Shown: positions 12,101 through 25,947, counted from the whole stretch's first letter. The stretch is DNA of 63,780 nucleotides, filler included, from Squatina squatina (GCA_031763465.1; 3 parts of 3 records of this genome joined end to end with filler, not necessarily neighbours in it), one strand, 5' to 3'. The notes: a model not told the origin generated them from the sequence alone. Numbers and translations: made by a program.

Positions 12101-15100
12101 AATCAGATGAACCTGATCCAAGCTTGGCACAAACCATCATTGCCATCGAGAAAACTGTCTGTTCGTCAAAAGCTGTGACAACGCCTATGAACATCTTAAA
12201 GGAGGCTGCAAAACTGATGAAAATACTTGCTAGTACGAGACAGCTTCCTTCTGAAGCACCTAAGTGTGCCTGCATAGTGCAAATTGTGGTAGATGAATTT
12301 CTTCAGGTATTCAGAAGGATTGTGGATCTTCAGTCACCACTATTCAGAGGTCCAGAAGGTGAAACTACACCTTTCTTTGAGGTTTCTGCCAAATTGGCAC
12401 AGAGCAGAAAGGTAAATGAAGAGGTACCACAAAAAGTGACTGAATCCACTACTTGGCTTATATGTTCATGCATGGATACTGGGGAAGCACTGATATTTTC
12501 ACTGCAAGAAAGTGGGAGAAGATTAGGACTTGTCCCTTGTGGTGCTGTTAGTGTTTTGCTATCTGAAACAGAAGGCAACAAATGGAGCATTAAGACAAAT
12601 GGTAGTGCTTATGGAGAAGTGTTCTGTTATTTGCCTTTGAGAATCAAAACTGGATTACCAGTGCATATCAATGGCTGCTTTGCAGTTTCTTCCAATCGAA
12701 AAGAGATCTGGAAAACAGACACAAAGGGGAGGTGGAACACTGTATTNNNNNNNNNNNNNNNNNNNNNNNNNNNNNNNNNNNNNNNNNNNNNNNNACGAGA
12801 CATGGCTGTTAATGCAGAGCTTGTTGATTACAACTATTATACACTGTGGCCTGATATTACCTTGGTTCATGATGACTTTGCTGTGGTGTGGCAAGGCCTT
12901 TATGAGGATATTGCCAAAGGAAGAGGGAACAAGCTGACAGAGGTGTTCTCGGATGGAACTTCCTGGGTTTCAATCAAAAATATAAGATTTTTGGATGATG
13001 CTTTGCTTCACAGGCCAGTGGTTGGGCCTCTGGCTTTCAAGATTCTCTTGCAGTTTCTCAAGAAGGCTGAGCCTCAACAATTGTGTGCTGTGGAGCTTCC
13101 ATCTTGGGTTAGAGCTGGTTTTGAAGAGGCAGGGTGTAAGAATATATTACTGGAAAACACATTTTCTGAGAAGAAGTTTTTTACAGAGGCATTTTTTCCA
13201 TACATTGAAGAGATTGAGGCAGAACTACGAGATCCATTGATGCTTTATGTTCTTGATGAAAAGGTATTGGAGCTTTCAGGGCTTCTACGTATTACCCATT
13301 GTGTGCCATCCTCAGGGGAGCACCAACAGTTATCTGTTCCTTCAAGACTTATCCATCCAGAGGGCCGCGTTGCTAAGTTATATGAGATGAGTGATGGCCG
13401 ATTCCCATATGGAACTACACAAGACTACCTGAACCCAGTCCGTTTAGTAAAGCTGGTGCAACTTGGCATGATTAAGGACGACATTTCCTGGGAGGATTTA
13501 CTAGAACGTGCAGAGTCTGTGGCAGTGCTGAATCAAAGTGATCATGCAGCAGCTTGCCTCCGTAGCAGCATCATACTGAGTTTAATTGATGAGAAACTAA
13601 AGTTTCGGGATCACAGGGCCAAAGACTNNNNNNNNNNNNNNNNNNNNNNNNNNNNNNNNNNNNNNNNNNNNNNNNNNNNNNNNNNNNNNNNNNNNNNNNN
13701 NNNNNNNNNNNNNNNNNNNNNNNNNNNCCAAAGACTTTACTGAGAAATTTCAGTCCATACCTTTCCTTCCTTTTCTCAAAAAGCCTCCTGGTTTCTCACT
13801 GCATTGGAAAGGAAATGATTTTCAGCCTGAAACCATGTTTCCAGTGAAAGAGGTTTATGCACTTGAGTACCAGGATGTAGTTTGTCTTCTGCATCCTATT
13901 TTAAATGAAAATCCTCCCAGTAAAGGCTGCGGTGCCCTATCTTCAGCTGTTAAAGATATGTTTGGGTTGCTAAAGAAGCCACCCATTCTCGTAGTGTTAG
14001 ATCAGTTGAAGAAAGTAGCTACTTCATTTGATGGTATTACTCTGTGCCAAGAGAGCATCACAAATGCTTGTTACAAATATCTTCACGAGGCCATGTTGAA
14101 GAATGAAGCTGCAAAATTACAGATCAATGAGGAACTTCAGAATTTTAATTTTGTTCTGGTTGAAAACACCTATGTTGAGGCAGCGAAGGTTGCGTTTCAC
14201 CTGAATTTTGATGCAACCCCTTACCTGCACCAACTTCCAAATAAGTACAGAAACAATTTCCGTGAATTCTTTGAAAAGCTGGGAGTGCAATCCTCATTCA
14301 CAGTTGAAGACTTTGCATCCGTCCTTCAAATTCTAAAAACTGAGTGTGACCGGGAACCTCTNNNNNNNNNNATCGAGACTACTGCAAGAGAAAATATGGA
14401 ACCCTTCTGTTACCAGATGGTGACAGGTTCCTTGTCCCAGCGAAATCTCTGTGTTACAATGATTGTCCATGGATAAGAGTGAGCGATAAGACTGTGAAAT
14501 ACTGCCATCCTGATATACCAAGAGAGGTAGCTGTTAAACTTGGAGCACTACCAAAGCGTCACAAAGCTCTAGAACGCTATGCATCCAATATTTGTTTTAC
14601 CACCCTTGGCAGTGAATTTGGACAGAAAGAGAAGCTAACCAGCAGGATTAAGAGCATTCTCAATGCTTATCCTTCTGAGAAAGAAATGCTGAAGGAGCTA
14701 CTTCAAAATGCAGATGATGCAAAAGCCACAGAAATCTACTTTATCTTTGACCCTAGAGAGCATCCAGGAGATCGAATCTTTGATGAAAAGTGGGCACCCC
14801 TTCAAGGTCCTGCAATTTGTGTGTACAACAACCAGCCATTCACAGAAGATGATATCAGAGGGATTCAGAACCTTGGAAGAGGAACAAAGGAAGGGAATCC
14901 GGGTAAGACTGGGCAATATGGAATAGGATTCAATTCTGTTTATCATATAACAGACTGCCCTGCATTTATTTCTGACAATGACGTACTCTGCATATTTGAT
15001 CCCCATGCAAGGTATGCTCCAGGATCTACCAATGTCAGCCCTGGGCGCATGTTTCGAGATTTAGATTCAGACTTCAGAACCCAATTTACAGATGTACTGA

Positions 15101-18100
15101 ACCCATTTCTGGGCAACCTCTTCAAACTTGAAAATGCGACTATGTTTAGGTTTCCAGTAANNNNNNNNNNNNNNNNNNNNNNNNNNNNNNNNNNNNNNNN
15201 NNNNNNNNNNGATCAGATGGTCCAGAATCTTTTGGATAAACTGCGTAGTGACGGAGCTGAACTTCTAATGTTTTTAAATCACATGGAGAAGATTTCCATT
15301 TGTGATATTGAAAAGGCAACTGGGAATCTGAATGTTCTGTATTCTGTGAAAGCAAAAATTACAGATGGTGACAGGTTGAAACGGAAGCAGTTCCACGCAT
15401 CTGTACTTGATAGTGTAAATAAAAGGAAGCAACTTAGCCAGATACCAGTTCAGCAGATCACTTACACTATGGACATTGAAGATTCTGAAGGCAACCTCAC
15501 AACCTGGTTAGTCTGTAACAGGTCAGGTTTCTCAAATATTGAGAAAGTTTCAAAGACTGTTATATCAGCTCATAAAAATGAAGACATAACACTTTTCCCT
15601 CGAGGAGGAGTTGCTGCCTGCATCAGCCATAATTACAAAAAGCCTCATAGGGCTTTCTGCTTTCTGCCATTGTCATTGGAAACAGGATTACCTGTCCATG
15701 TAAATGGACACTTTGCTTTGGATTCAGCCAGGAGAAATTTGTGGCGGGATGACAATGGTGTCGGAGTGCGTAGTGACTGGAACAATAACCTCATGACTAC
15801 CTTGATTGCTCCAGCCTATGTGGAGCTGCTGGTACAGATACGGAAGCGCTACTTTCTAGGTTCTGACCCAACAATAACAGTCTTCCAAAATACACCAAAT
15901 CATGTTTTGAAGGATTTAGTGAAAAAATTTATGACCTTCTTTGCTGCTAACAAACTTGACATACAGCCAGATTGGTACTGCCTTGTGAGGTCCGTCTATT
16001 GTTGCCTTCATGATGATCTCAAGCGTCTTCTACCAGTAGTCCGGATACCAAATGCAGACAGTGGAGAACTACAGCCTACAATTTTTATTAGCTGGGTGAA
16101 TACATCTACAACTAACAGAAACAGATCATTCTTTGACAATTTGCTCCAAGATGAACTGCAGCACATGAAAAATACAGAATACAATATTGCAGTACGGAAA
16201 ACCATTGCTGAAAATGTTTACAGGCTCAAAAATCTGCTACTTGACATAGGATTTAACTTAGTTTACAGCTCCGATGAAACTTCCAACCTTTACCACTGTT
16301 TTCAGGAATCAGGAATTCCAGTGCATTATGTTACACCTGTTGATGTCCGAGAGTTCTTGCACTCATTTGCATCTCCTGATTCAAGCTGCCACCTTGGGAA
16401 GTTGCCATGTCGCTTACACCAGACTGCCCTAAAGTTATTTCACAACTTAAAACTTCTGGTTGACTACTGCTTCAAAGATTCAGAAGAGAATGAAATTAGA
16501 GTGGAAGGGCTCCCCCTTCTCATTACTCTCGATAACGTTCTGCAAGTTTTTGATGCAAAACGCCCAAGGTTTCTGACAACTTACCATGAGTTNNNNNNNN
16601 NNTTTTTGATGTAAGCAGTTTTGCTGAGCTGCTATCATTTGTGCTGCCGAGAGATTACAGAACAAGATCTGTTGTGAAATGGAAAGACAATTTTGGAAGT
16701 GAATCCTGGTTGAAAAACTGCTGGCATTTCATTAGTGATGCAATTTCTGTTAAGGAAGGTGAGGCAGAGATTACACCAACATTTGAAACTATCACTGAGG
16801 TGTTAAAAGACTGGGCTTTGCTGCCTGGAACAAAGTTCACCATTTCCAGCAACAGGATGCTTGTACCAGAGAGTGATGTTCTAGTACCTCTCAGTTTGAT
16901 GCATGTCTCTATCTACCCAAATGGCCAAAATGACAACGTTTTCAATACGCTGATGAACGCAGGCTGTATTCAACTAGCATTGAGTAAAGTCTGTTCTAAA
17001 GAGAACATTTTAGTCTCGCAGCTGGCTTTGCACTTGGCAAATGTTGAGAGTCCTGGTAGTATTCTGAAGGCTCTCGATTACATGATCCGAACAACAACAC
17101 TAAGGACAAGCTACCTATCTGACAATGATTTTGAGGCACTTCTGATATACTTCAATAGCAACTTGAATCAACTGACAGCCCAAGATGACAGTAAGATTCT
17201 GAAGTCTCTGCCTTGCTATAAGGCAGTTAATGGTAACTACATCAGTATTTTGAAATATGGATCTTGCTTTGTTCTAACAAAGACCATTCCTCTAGCTGAG
17301 ATAGACAGATGGGCGCTGTCCACTTCCTTTGCATTTCTTGCTGACAAGCCCCATCTGAAGGACTTGTATGCTTTCCTCGATTTTATTCCTGTAGATGATC
17401 TTGAGGTATATTTGAAGCACTTGCTGCCAAAGTTCGATAACCTGTCCAGTTCAGCTAAGATTGAACATCTGGTACATCTGAAGAAGAAACTTTCCAACCT
17501 GGACGAAGGTACAGCAATCAGACAGCAACTGTTTGAAAAACTTGAAGGTCTTGCAATTATTCCAGACTCATTCAATCGCCTAAAGCCTGCAAAGAATTTT
17601 TACGACAGAACAGAGAATGTTTTTGAAGTTATGCTGCCAGAAAATGCTTTCATTTCTCAAGAGTTTTTTCGGAAACTGGAACATGTTGAAAAACCTAAGA
17701 ACCGTGCTGCATTCCTTACATCATGGATAACATTCTTTCGAAACANNNNNNNNNNNNNNNNNNNNNNNNNNNNGCAATTGTTACAGTTTGCTAATGAGGT
17801 TGGAGCTCGAGCTCAAGCAGAGAATTGGTCCAAAGAAACAATACAAAGCAAGGTTGATGCCCTGTTAAATCATATATTTCAAGAGAGGACAGACCTGTTT
17901 TCTGGAAACTTTCTTAAGGACCTTTCATTAATTCCATTCATCTATCCAGAACGTGCCTCAGCAGAACTCTTGAAGCTTCATCCTCAATTTCAAGAACTAA
18001 ATGGGATTCTCCCTCTAATACGTTTCAGTGGGGCTCAAGTCAATCCCAAATTCAAGCAGGCTGATGTTATGCAATTATTGTGGACATCATGCCCAATCCT

Positions 18101-20729
18101 CCCAGAAAAGGCAACACCTTCAAGTATTAAGGAGCAACAAGATAGCAAACTTGGTAATCAGGAACAAGTAGAGGAAGTTCTGGCAATGCTAAATGTCAGT
18201 CTGGACCCTCCACCAGACAAAGTAATTAGTAACTGTAAAAACATCTGTAACATTGCATCTCTAGATGATGATATGATAAAAACAAGAGTCAAAGTCTTAA
18301 GGAGTACTTATGAATTTCTGAATGCAGAAAAAATAGACTTCCGTTTCCATCTTCGAGGTGTTGCATTTGTTATGGTTGAGGATGGTTGGAAACTTCTGAA
18401 ACCTGAAGAGGTTGTAATAAATCTTGAGAATGAGTCTGATTTTAAACCATACCTGTACAAGTTGCCTCTAGAACTTGGCACCTTCCACCAGTTGTTTAAG
18501 CTTTTGGGTACAGAAGATATTGTTTCAACAAAACAGTATGTTGAGGTACTAGGACGTATATTTAAAATATCTGAAGGGAAACAGCTGGAGCCAAATGAAA
18601 TGCGAACTGTCAAAAGGGCCGTTTCTGGACTATTTAAGAGCCTTCAGAATGAACCACTAAAGGTCAGAATTGATCTTGACAATGTTCGAGAATTAGGCCT
18701 TTGCCTTCCAAGTCATGATGGGAGATTAACAAAGTCAAATATACTGGTTTTTGATGATGCACCACATTATAAGAGCCGAATGCAAGGTAATGTGGGTGTT
18801 CTAATGCTTGTGGATCTCAGCCAGTGTTACCTGGGTAAAGACCATGCTTTTCATACAAAGCTAATTATGCTACTTCCTTCAAAATTGAGACCAAGGCTAC
18901 TTAGCGGAATCTTGGAAGAGATCCTGGATGAAGAAACACCAAAAATGTGTAAATTTGGAGCGCTATGTTCACTACAGGGTCGTCTTCAGTTGCTGCTCTC
19001 TTCTGAACAGTTTATCACAGGCCTCATCCGGATTATGAAGCATGAAAATGACAATGCCTATCTGGCGAATGAAGAAAAAGCCAATCGACTCTGCAAAGCC
19101 TTGCGTGAGGGTTTGAAAGTTTCTTGTTTTGAGAAGCTGCAGACAAGCCTTCGAGTAAAAGGATGTAGCCCAATTCCTCACAGTAAGAGTGAAACATTAG
19201 CATTCCTGAAGAGATACGGAAATGCAGTGATCCACCTGTACATCCAGCATGCAGAGAGCAAGGATATAAATTTTCTTTTAGCCCTCGCGATGACGCTTAA
19301 AACTGCTACTGACAACTTGATTTTAGATACCTCCTACTTGATAGCCATGCTTGGCTGCAACGATATCTATCGGATCAATGAAAAACTGGACAATTTAGGA
19401 GTTAAGTATGNNNNNNNNNNNNNNNNNNNNNNNNNNGAACTGCCTCAGCCAGGAACACCTATACCAGCTGAAATCCATTACCTACTCCTTATGGATCCTA
19501 TGAATGTATTCTACCCAGGAGAATATGTTGGATATCTTGTCGATGCTGAAGGTGGTGATATATATGGATCATACCAGCCAACCTATACTTATGCCATTAT
19601 TGTACAAGAAGTAGAAAGGGAAGGCGATGAGCATGCTAGCTTTCTGGGAAAGTACTTCCAAATTGATATTGGCTACAGTGAGTATAAAATTGTAAGTTCT
19701 CTTGATCTGTATAAATTTTCGAGACCTGATGAAAGTTCCCAAGGAAGAGATAGTACTCCCACCACTCCTACAAGTCCTACAGAATGCCTTTCGCCAGGCC
19801 CCAGGACATTTCCTCCCCATTTTCCTGGAAGGGAAAGCCACAGGGCGTCAACCTCAAAGCACCAGTCTCCAAAGAAGATTAAGCTGCATGCTTTGCCTGA
19901 AATCCTTCGGGAGGTCACAGCAGTGTTAGAGCAAGCTTGGAGGCTTCCTGAGCCTGAAAAGAAAAAGATTATACGGCGATTATACCTCAAGTGGCATCCC
20001 GATAAAAATGCAGAGAATCTAGAGATAGCAACAGAAGTCTTCAAGCATCTGCAAAATGAAATCAACAGGCTAGAAAAACAAGGTATCGGAGGTTCTGATT
20101 TTAGCACAGACAGAGCATCAAGAAGAACATACTCCTCTTCATCTGCTCGGTTCCAATCAGAAAAATTTTCATTTCAGAGATTTTATACTTCATGGAACCA
20201 GGAAGCAACAAGCCATAAATCTGACAGACAGCATTTTAAAGGGAGGTTTACTTCAGCTTCAGGATCATCACACTCTTCACGATTCTTTGTACCGCCAACC
20301 TTCAAAACTGTGGGCAATCCTATAGAGGCACGAAGATGGCTCAGACAAGCTCGGGCAAACTTCTCTGCAGCTAGGAATGACCTGCATAAAAATGCCAATG
20401 AGTGGGTGTGTTTCAAGTGCTACTTAGCTGCAAAGCTCGCTTTGATAGCAGCTGAATATGCAGTGAAAGGAAAGTCTGACAAAGATGTCAAACCAACTGC
20501 ACTTGCACAGAAAGTGGAGGAATACAGCCAAAGTCTGGGAGGACTTGCAACTGATGTAAATACTCTGGAAGCATATGGTGTAGACGGATTGAGGACCCGG
20601 TATCCAGATCTCCTCCCTTTTCCCCTGATTCCAAATGATAAATTCACGACTGAGGTTGCAATGAGAGTGATGGAATGCACTGCTCGGATCATCATAAAAC
20701 TTGAAAACTTCATTCAGCAAAAACGATAA
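9182..20729 (+). CDS. SACS: Sacsin giant terminal coding exon (SRR2, SRR3, XPCB region, J domain, HEPN). The four supplied ORFs 9205, 13835, 14479 and 16641 are one exon broken at gaps.
   Basis: Acceptor ttttaacatacag at 9181, phase 1, giving (G)[11 protein letters not shown]90-like ATPase motifs ELLQNADDA...[15 protein letters not shown] (~11440-11710) and ELLQNADDA...[15 protein letters not shown] (~14695-14955). J-domain [10 protein letters not shown] (HPD at 19995-20003). C-terminal [15 protein letters not shown]...RTRYPD. Stop TAA at 20727-20729. Confidence 0.98.
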
Positions 20730-20846
20730 GATCGTACTTAGTGAGGTTAGCGAATACATGAACACTGATCAGGAAAATAGTTAATTGTAATCACATTTCT
20801 ATCTGCTCCCAACAATTAATGCAAACAAAAGCATTTTGTTTTTTGG

Positions 20847-20924
20847 AATAAAAGATCGACAGGACCATCTTTTCCTCCTTTAACCTTAGCACTTACAAAT
20901 GTTAAATTATTTTTGTTCAATAAA
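20847..20924 (+). promoter_or_regulatory. Candidate proximal SACS poly(A) signals
   Basis: AATAAA at 20847-20852 and 20919-20924 downstream of the stop. Usage unknown. Confidence 0.35.
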
Positions 20925-22394
20925 AATAATGGATTGTTTGGTATTACTGCAGCTTAAGGTAGTGAGCCCATGTCCCACTGTACTGTCTCTTCTGATAGCC
21001 ATTGAAGGAGAAAGTACCCATTTTCTTTTATTTCTGTTAAATTGGTGTGTTCAAGTTTACAAAACAAAGGTATATTAGAAAGATATGGACCTACTATAAA
21101 TGATATATAATGGAAAAGGATAAAAGACATGTGAAACATATGTACTAAATGTAAGACAGTACTATGTATCTGGTATGAGGGCTGTTGATGTCTATTTTGG
21201 TAAATGGAAACAATTGCTGCTAGATCTCAGTTCGATCACATTTCACTCATCATCCAGAAGATTCATTCAATTTCAGTTGGTTGACTATGAAAATTCCAGC
21301 TGTAAATGAGCAGAATGACAGAAATGACTGTTGAGTCCAAGTCCTTCCCTGCTCCAGCCACAGTGAATCAGTCTCTGATTACTATTCTCCTGTCCACAAG
21401 ATAAACCCCTCAAACAAAAATAGTAGGTGTCACCCATTCCTCTTTTTCCAAGCAGCAAGATTCTTCCATTGCCTGACGCATTTTGGAGATTTATCCTCTA
21501 GACAGACCAAGAAACCACTAACCACAGTTCAGTACGCTGTCCAGTCTCTCAGGACATCACTGCAATTCTTACTTGATGCCTGTTAGGAGTGAGTGACAGC
21601 TAAGAACTTTTAAATCAGCTTTTACTGCCAATTTTAAAACGTGTTTTTTTTTTCTCCAAGTGTTTTTTTTATTTTTGGCATCAAAAACCTGGAGAAAATC
21701 TGAGGAAAAAAGTCATAGCACACAAACCAGGACTGAATTCAGAGGAAAAAAAACTATTTATTTTGAGCCTCACTTAACCTCAAAACCCGCAAAGGACAAA
21801 TGAGGCACGGTTCGGCTAAATAGCAACTGATATTTATGCAGTTCACAGGCACCACTTTCATTGGCCTTACTGGCAGTTCAAAATAGTAATTTTCCATAAT
21901 CACAAAATACTGTTGCATTACTCGAACAGTAAAATCCATTGATTGTATTTGTGAATGGACAGCGTGCTGTAAAATATTGATGTACTATAAACACGAATTG
22001 TAGTAATCATATCGTGAAGCTCGAACACTTTAAAAGTCTGACTAAATATGAAACAGTTGGGACTAAATTTAAATTTTGCAGTATGTATATTGTGGTTATT
22101 AGATGTAGTGTGTCCATTTTGTTAATAGCACTGCATTATCATGCAGGCTCTTTGCTGTCTGTTCTGGCATTTTGGAGCTGAGGCCCACATATATCTCAGC
22201 CACAAATAGGAAATGTCTTCAAATTCAGGAGGAAATCAGTTTGTAATTTAACCCCCAAAAAACCAGGAAGCTTAATTCAAAGATCTCTATGGATATAGCT
22301 GATGGTTTTGTGCTACCTCGATCCAGTACTTGGAAGAAGTAGTTTTAAAGATTATGGGGACCTTACAGTGCGCACAGTCCATTTGGTGGTTATG

Positions 22395-23330
22395 TGGGAT
22401 GTTTTCTTTGAGAGTATAACAAAGGCGCTTGTTAGGATAAGGCAGTGGATGCAGTGCGCGTGGATTTCAGTAAGGCTTTTGAGTTCCTCTGGAAAGGCTG
22501 GCAATGAGAATAAAGAAAGCAGGAATCGGAGGAAATATTTTACTCTGGATACGTTAATTGCCCGATAGGACCCAGAGGATGGTGATACAGAATTATCAGC
22601 CTGGGAGAATGTTACCAGTTGGGGCCTCGGGGCTGATTTGGGAGCTCTTTTGTTTAATATCCACATAAATGATCTGGAGCAAGGAGTCTCCAGCTCAGTG
22701 GCTAAATTTGCAGATGTTCCAAAGCTAATGAAGCTGGTAGACTGCAAAACTGAACAGGATGAGCTCCAGGAGGATTTTAATATACTCGGGAATTGGGCAG
22801 ACAGGTGACATGAAATTCAATGTAGAGGAATGCAAAGTACTTCACGCGGGGATAAAACATCCAGAAGTGACTGTTACTTAAATGGAAAGAAATTGATGTG
22901 TATGGAAAATGAAAGTGATCTGGGGGGGTCCTGGTTGACAATAAATTGAAGCTCTCGCAACAATGCTGGGTGGCAGTGAGTAATGAAAATCAGATGTTGA
23001 AATCAATGTTCCCCTGAAGCCGCGTAGCGCTCTGGAGCTGCCGCACAGCCGGCTCACCGGCTTTTAAATGGGAAACACACACGTACGAAGGCCCACGCAG
23101 CCTCTTAAAATCCCCTCCAAAAATCAAACGGAACATTAGCTGGGATGTATTAAAAGGTCAATATTGAGACCAAATAGTAAGGTAATCCTGACACTTTGCA
23201 AACCGTTGGTGCTACTGCACTTCAAATACTATGTACAGTTCTAATCGACGCAGTACGAAAAAGAGATTGCAACTATTGAAAGAACACAGAAGAGAGCAAC
23301 CGGAGTGATTGAGGAGATGCAGGGACCGGA
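22395..23330 (+). mobile_element. Degenerate CR1 LINE RT and C-terminal region, interrupted by a small insertion
   Basis: Recognisable motifs DFSKAF, LFNIHINDL, KFADVPKL, FNVEECKVLH, YYVQF and EKNTEESNR, with many stops. Confidence 0.8.
23004..23138. mobile_element. ~135-bp MITE-like insertion with terminal inverted repeats
   Basis: AATGTTCC (23005-23012) and GGAACATT (23130-23137) are perfect inverted repeats. The insert splits the CR1 sequence cagatgtt|gggatgtattaaaagg. Confidence 0.6.
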
Positions 23331-25097
23331 TTGTGCGCAGCAATTATATACATACATGGGCTGGAAACAGTGGTGCTCCTCCAGTTACAGGCCCGCCCGA
23401 AAAATGCATCAAACACACCTTAGTCCCCAGTGGGTGCTCCCTCGACCCCTGACATCTGATTTTCGACCAGCAGCCACCCCAGTTTTTCTGGAGAGAAATG
23501 GGCAGCAGTGGTTGAAATCCGCCCGCCCCCCGCCTCACCAGTAGAGTACAGTAAAGGCCAGCTTTGCATAGCTGGTCTNNNNNNNNNNNNNNNNNNNNNN
23601 NNNNNNNNNNNNNNNNNNNNNNNNNNNNNNNNNNNNNNNNNNNNNNNNNNNNNNNNNNNNNNNNNNNNNNNNNNNNNNTTGTGGGTGGACAGTTCAAATC
23701 ACTCTGGCTCTTAACTGTCTGAAAGCCGCCCTGATTGCAACATCTGCAATTTTAACCTGCTCTCCTGTGCAGGCAGCAAGGACACACGCCTGGAACCAAC
23801 AGAGTCCTTCTTTACATATGCATGTTGCACCTGAGCGGGGAATCCATCTGGCGTTAAAATCAGTGCCGATATCATGCTGTTCGTGCTCTTTTTTTTCCGA
23901 CTTTGAGTACTGTTCGAGCATTTTTTTAAAAAGATGATTTGCATTTTTTGTGTAAAACAATAGTTTCTTCTATACACCAGGCTGAACATATTTTCCAGCA
24001 TTACGATATTGGACATAGGAACCGGCATAGGACATTTATGTTAATTCTCACTTACTACCTTGTGGAGTCCCATGCATAGTGTTTCATGAATATGTGTCAG
24101 CAGTTATCCTCCAGTTCTATTGTTACATTCCCTCTGAGGAAAACATTCTGTTTTTTAAATAAAAAAATTTTCCTTAAACAAAGAGAAATTGAGGCAGAGC
24201 TAGCCATCATCTCTGACTAAGCACAATGTTCTATAAAAGTGACACTTCACTGGCTTCTAAGAACACTTGTAATATCTGTGCGAGTTTTCTACACGTAGCG
24301 ACGTTTGAAACAGACAGGTGCTTTCAGTCTACACTGATTACTGTTGTACTTTGCTCACTTTTATTCTCTGGGGTTGGGATTTTAGAGTGTCACTGTCACA
24401 ACTGAGTTAGTGCATATGTCTGTAACTTTAAGCTGAAATATGAGCTCAGTACTCGGGATATTGAAACACAGACAGGATTGTGTAGCGAGTTAACGTCATA
24501 TTTTGTTTGACATTCAACAGCAACATCAGTAACATTTAGGTACATTGTACCATGATCACGTGTAGCACATACCGTCTGAGTTGATTTTGCTGTTGTGTAT
24601 ATTTGACAGAACTGTTACTGCAAGACTATGGTGTGATGTTTACTAGCAGCTGATAGATTGTGTACAATGCTGCTGTGATAAGAAATGCATTTTTGAAGAA
24701 TGGTTATAGTACTGCTTCTGAATTTGGAGCTGTGTAGCTCTCAGCTGATGTACCAAGTACCACAACTACAATAAAGCAACTTCAATACACAGTTGTCTCT
24801 ATTATTGTAGCTCCTACGATAATAAAGTCAAGATAATGCATGCTGCTTGTAACTGCATGATAATTATGCTGCAAATCAGCCTCTCCCTTACACCCCATCA
24901 CAGATAACAAGGACTGGATTTACAAAGTGCCCTGCTTTAATGCCTCTTTCCCAGTGGTGAATAGTGATGCGCGCCTATCCTCATTCACCTCATGCTCAAT
25001 ATATTCATAATGTGCTGCCCATCCAGCTTTACCTAAGCTGCGTTTGTATTGGAAATACTTTCCTCTACATTGAGGGGAGAGGGGGAGGGATAGACTT

Positions 25098-25458
25098 ATA
25101 GAATCATAGAACGGTTACAGCACAAAAGGAGGCCCTTCAGCCCTACAAGCCTGTGCCAGCTCTCTGCAAGAGCACTTCAGCTAGTCCCAATCCCCCACCC
25201 TTTCCCCGTAGCCCTGCAATTTTTTTCCTTCAGGTACTTATCCAATTTGCTTTTGAAAGCCACGATTGAATCTGCCTCCACCACCCTTTCAGGCAGTGAA
25301 TTCTAGATCCTAACTCACTGTGGAAAAAACGTTTTTCCTCATGTCGCCTTTGGTTCTTCTGCCAACCACCTTAAATCTGTATCCTCTGGTTCTCGACCCT
25401 TCTGCCAATGGGAATAGTTTCTCTCTATCTACTCTGTCCAGACCCCTCATGATTTTGA
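25098..25458 (-). mobile_element. CR1 LINE 3' end
   Basis: atagaatcatagaa tail on +; the minus strand reads KIMRGLDRVDREKLFPLAEGSRTRGYRFKVVG. Confidence 0.85.
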
Positions 25459-25648
25459 NNNNNNNNNNNNNNNNNNNNNNNNNNNNNNNNNNNNNNNNNN
25501 NNNNNNNNNNNNNNNNNNNNNNNNNNNNNNNNNNNNNNNNNNNNNNNNNNNNNNNNNNTGCTGGGACAGAGTACAGATGGGACGCGTACCAATGTTACCT
25601 CATTTGTAGTTGCAGTCAATGTATGATAGATAGCATTTAAGCAGATCT

Positions 25649-25947
25649 TAGAATCACACAGTATAAAAGGAGGACATTCGGCCCATTGTGCCCATGCCAG
25701 CTCTTTGAAAGAGTTATCCAATTAGTCCCACTCCCCTGCTCTTTCCTCATAGCTTGGCAAATTTTTCTCTTTCAACTATTGGTATATATCCAATTCCCTT
25801 TTGAAGTTACAATTGTATATGGTTCGCCACCCTTTCAGGCGGTGATTTCCAGATCAGGACAACTTGCTGCACAAAAAAATTCTCTTCATCGCCCCTCTGG
25901 TTCTTTTGTCAATTATCTTAAATCTGTGTCCTCTGGTTACCGACCCT
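25649..25947 (-). mobile_element. CR1 LINE 3' end, second copy
   Basis: Homologous to 25098-25458 (tagaatcacacagtataaaaggaggacattcggcccat...taaatctgtgtcctctggtt). Confidence 0.8.

Noticed and set aside
13628-16614. SACS as a pseudogene or programmed frameshift
   Set aside because: All three frame changes fall exactly on N gaps; no stops occur in contiguous sequence.
9182-20729. HSP90-like ATPase repeats plus HEPN read as a prokaryote-style defence system or a multi-gene operon
   Set aside because: It is the known vertebrate single protein sacsin. The ORF breaks coincide with gaps, and no RxxxxH nuclease motif is evident in the HEPN region.
9357-20765. Many antisense and alternative-frame ORFs overlapping SACS, and similar ones over SYNE1 and ZNF518B
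   Set aside because: Shadow ORFs expected opposite long coding exons; no recognisable domains.
23694-24028. Minus-strand ORFs as SGCG or another gene
   Set aside because: No sarcoglycan or other motif; the real SGCG terminal exon is at 26836-27009.
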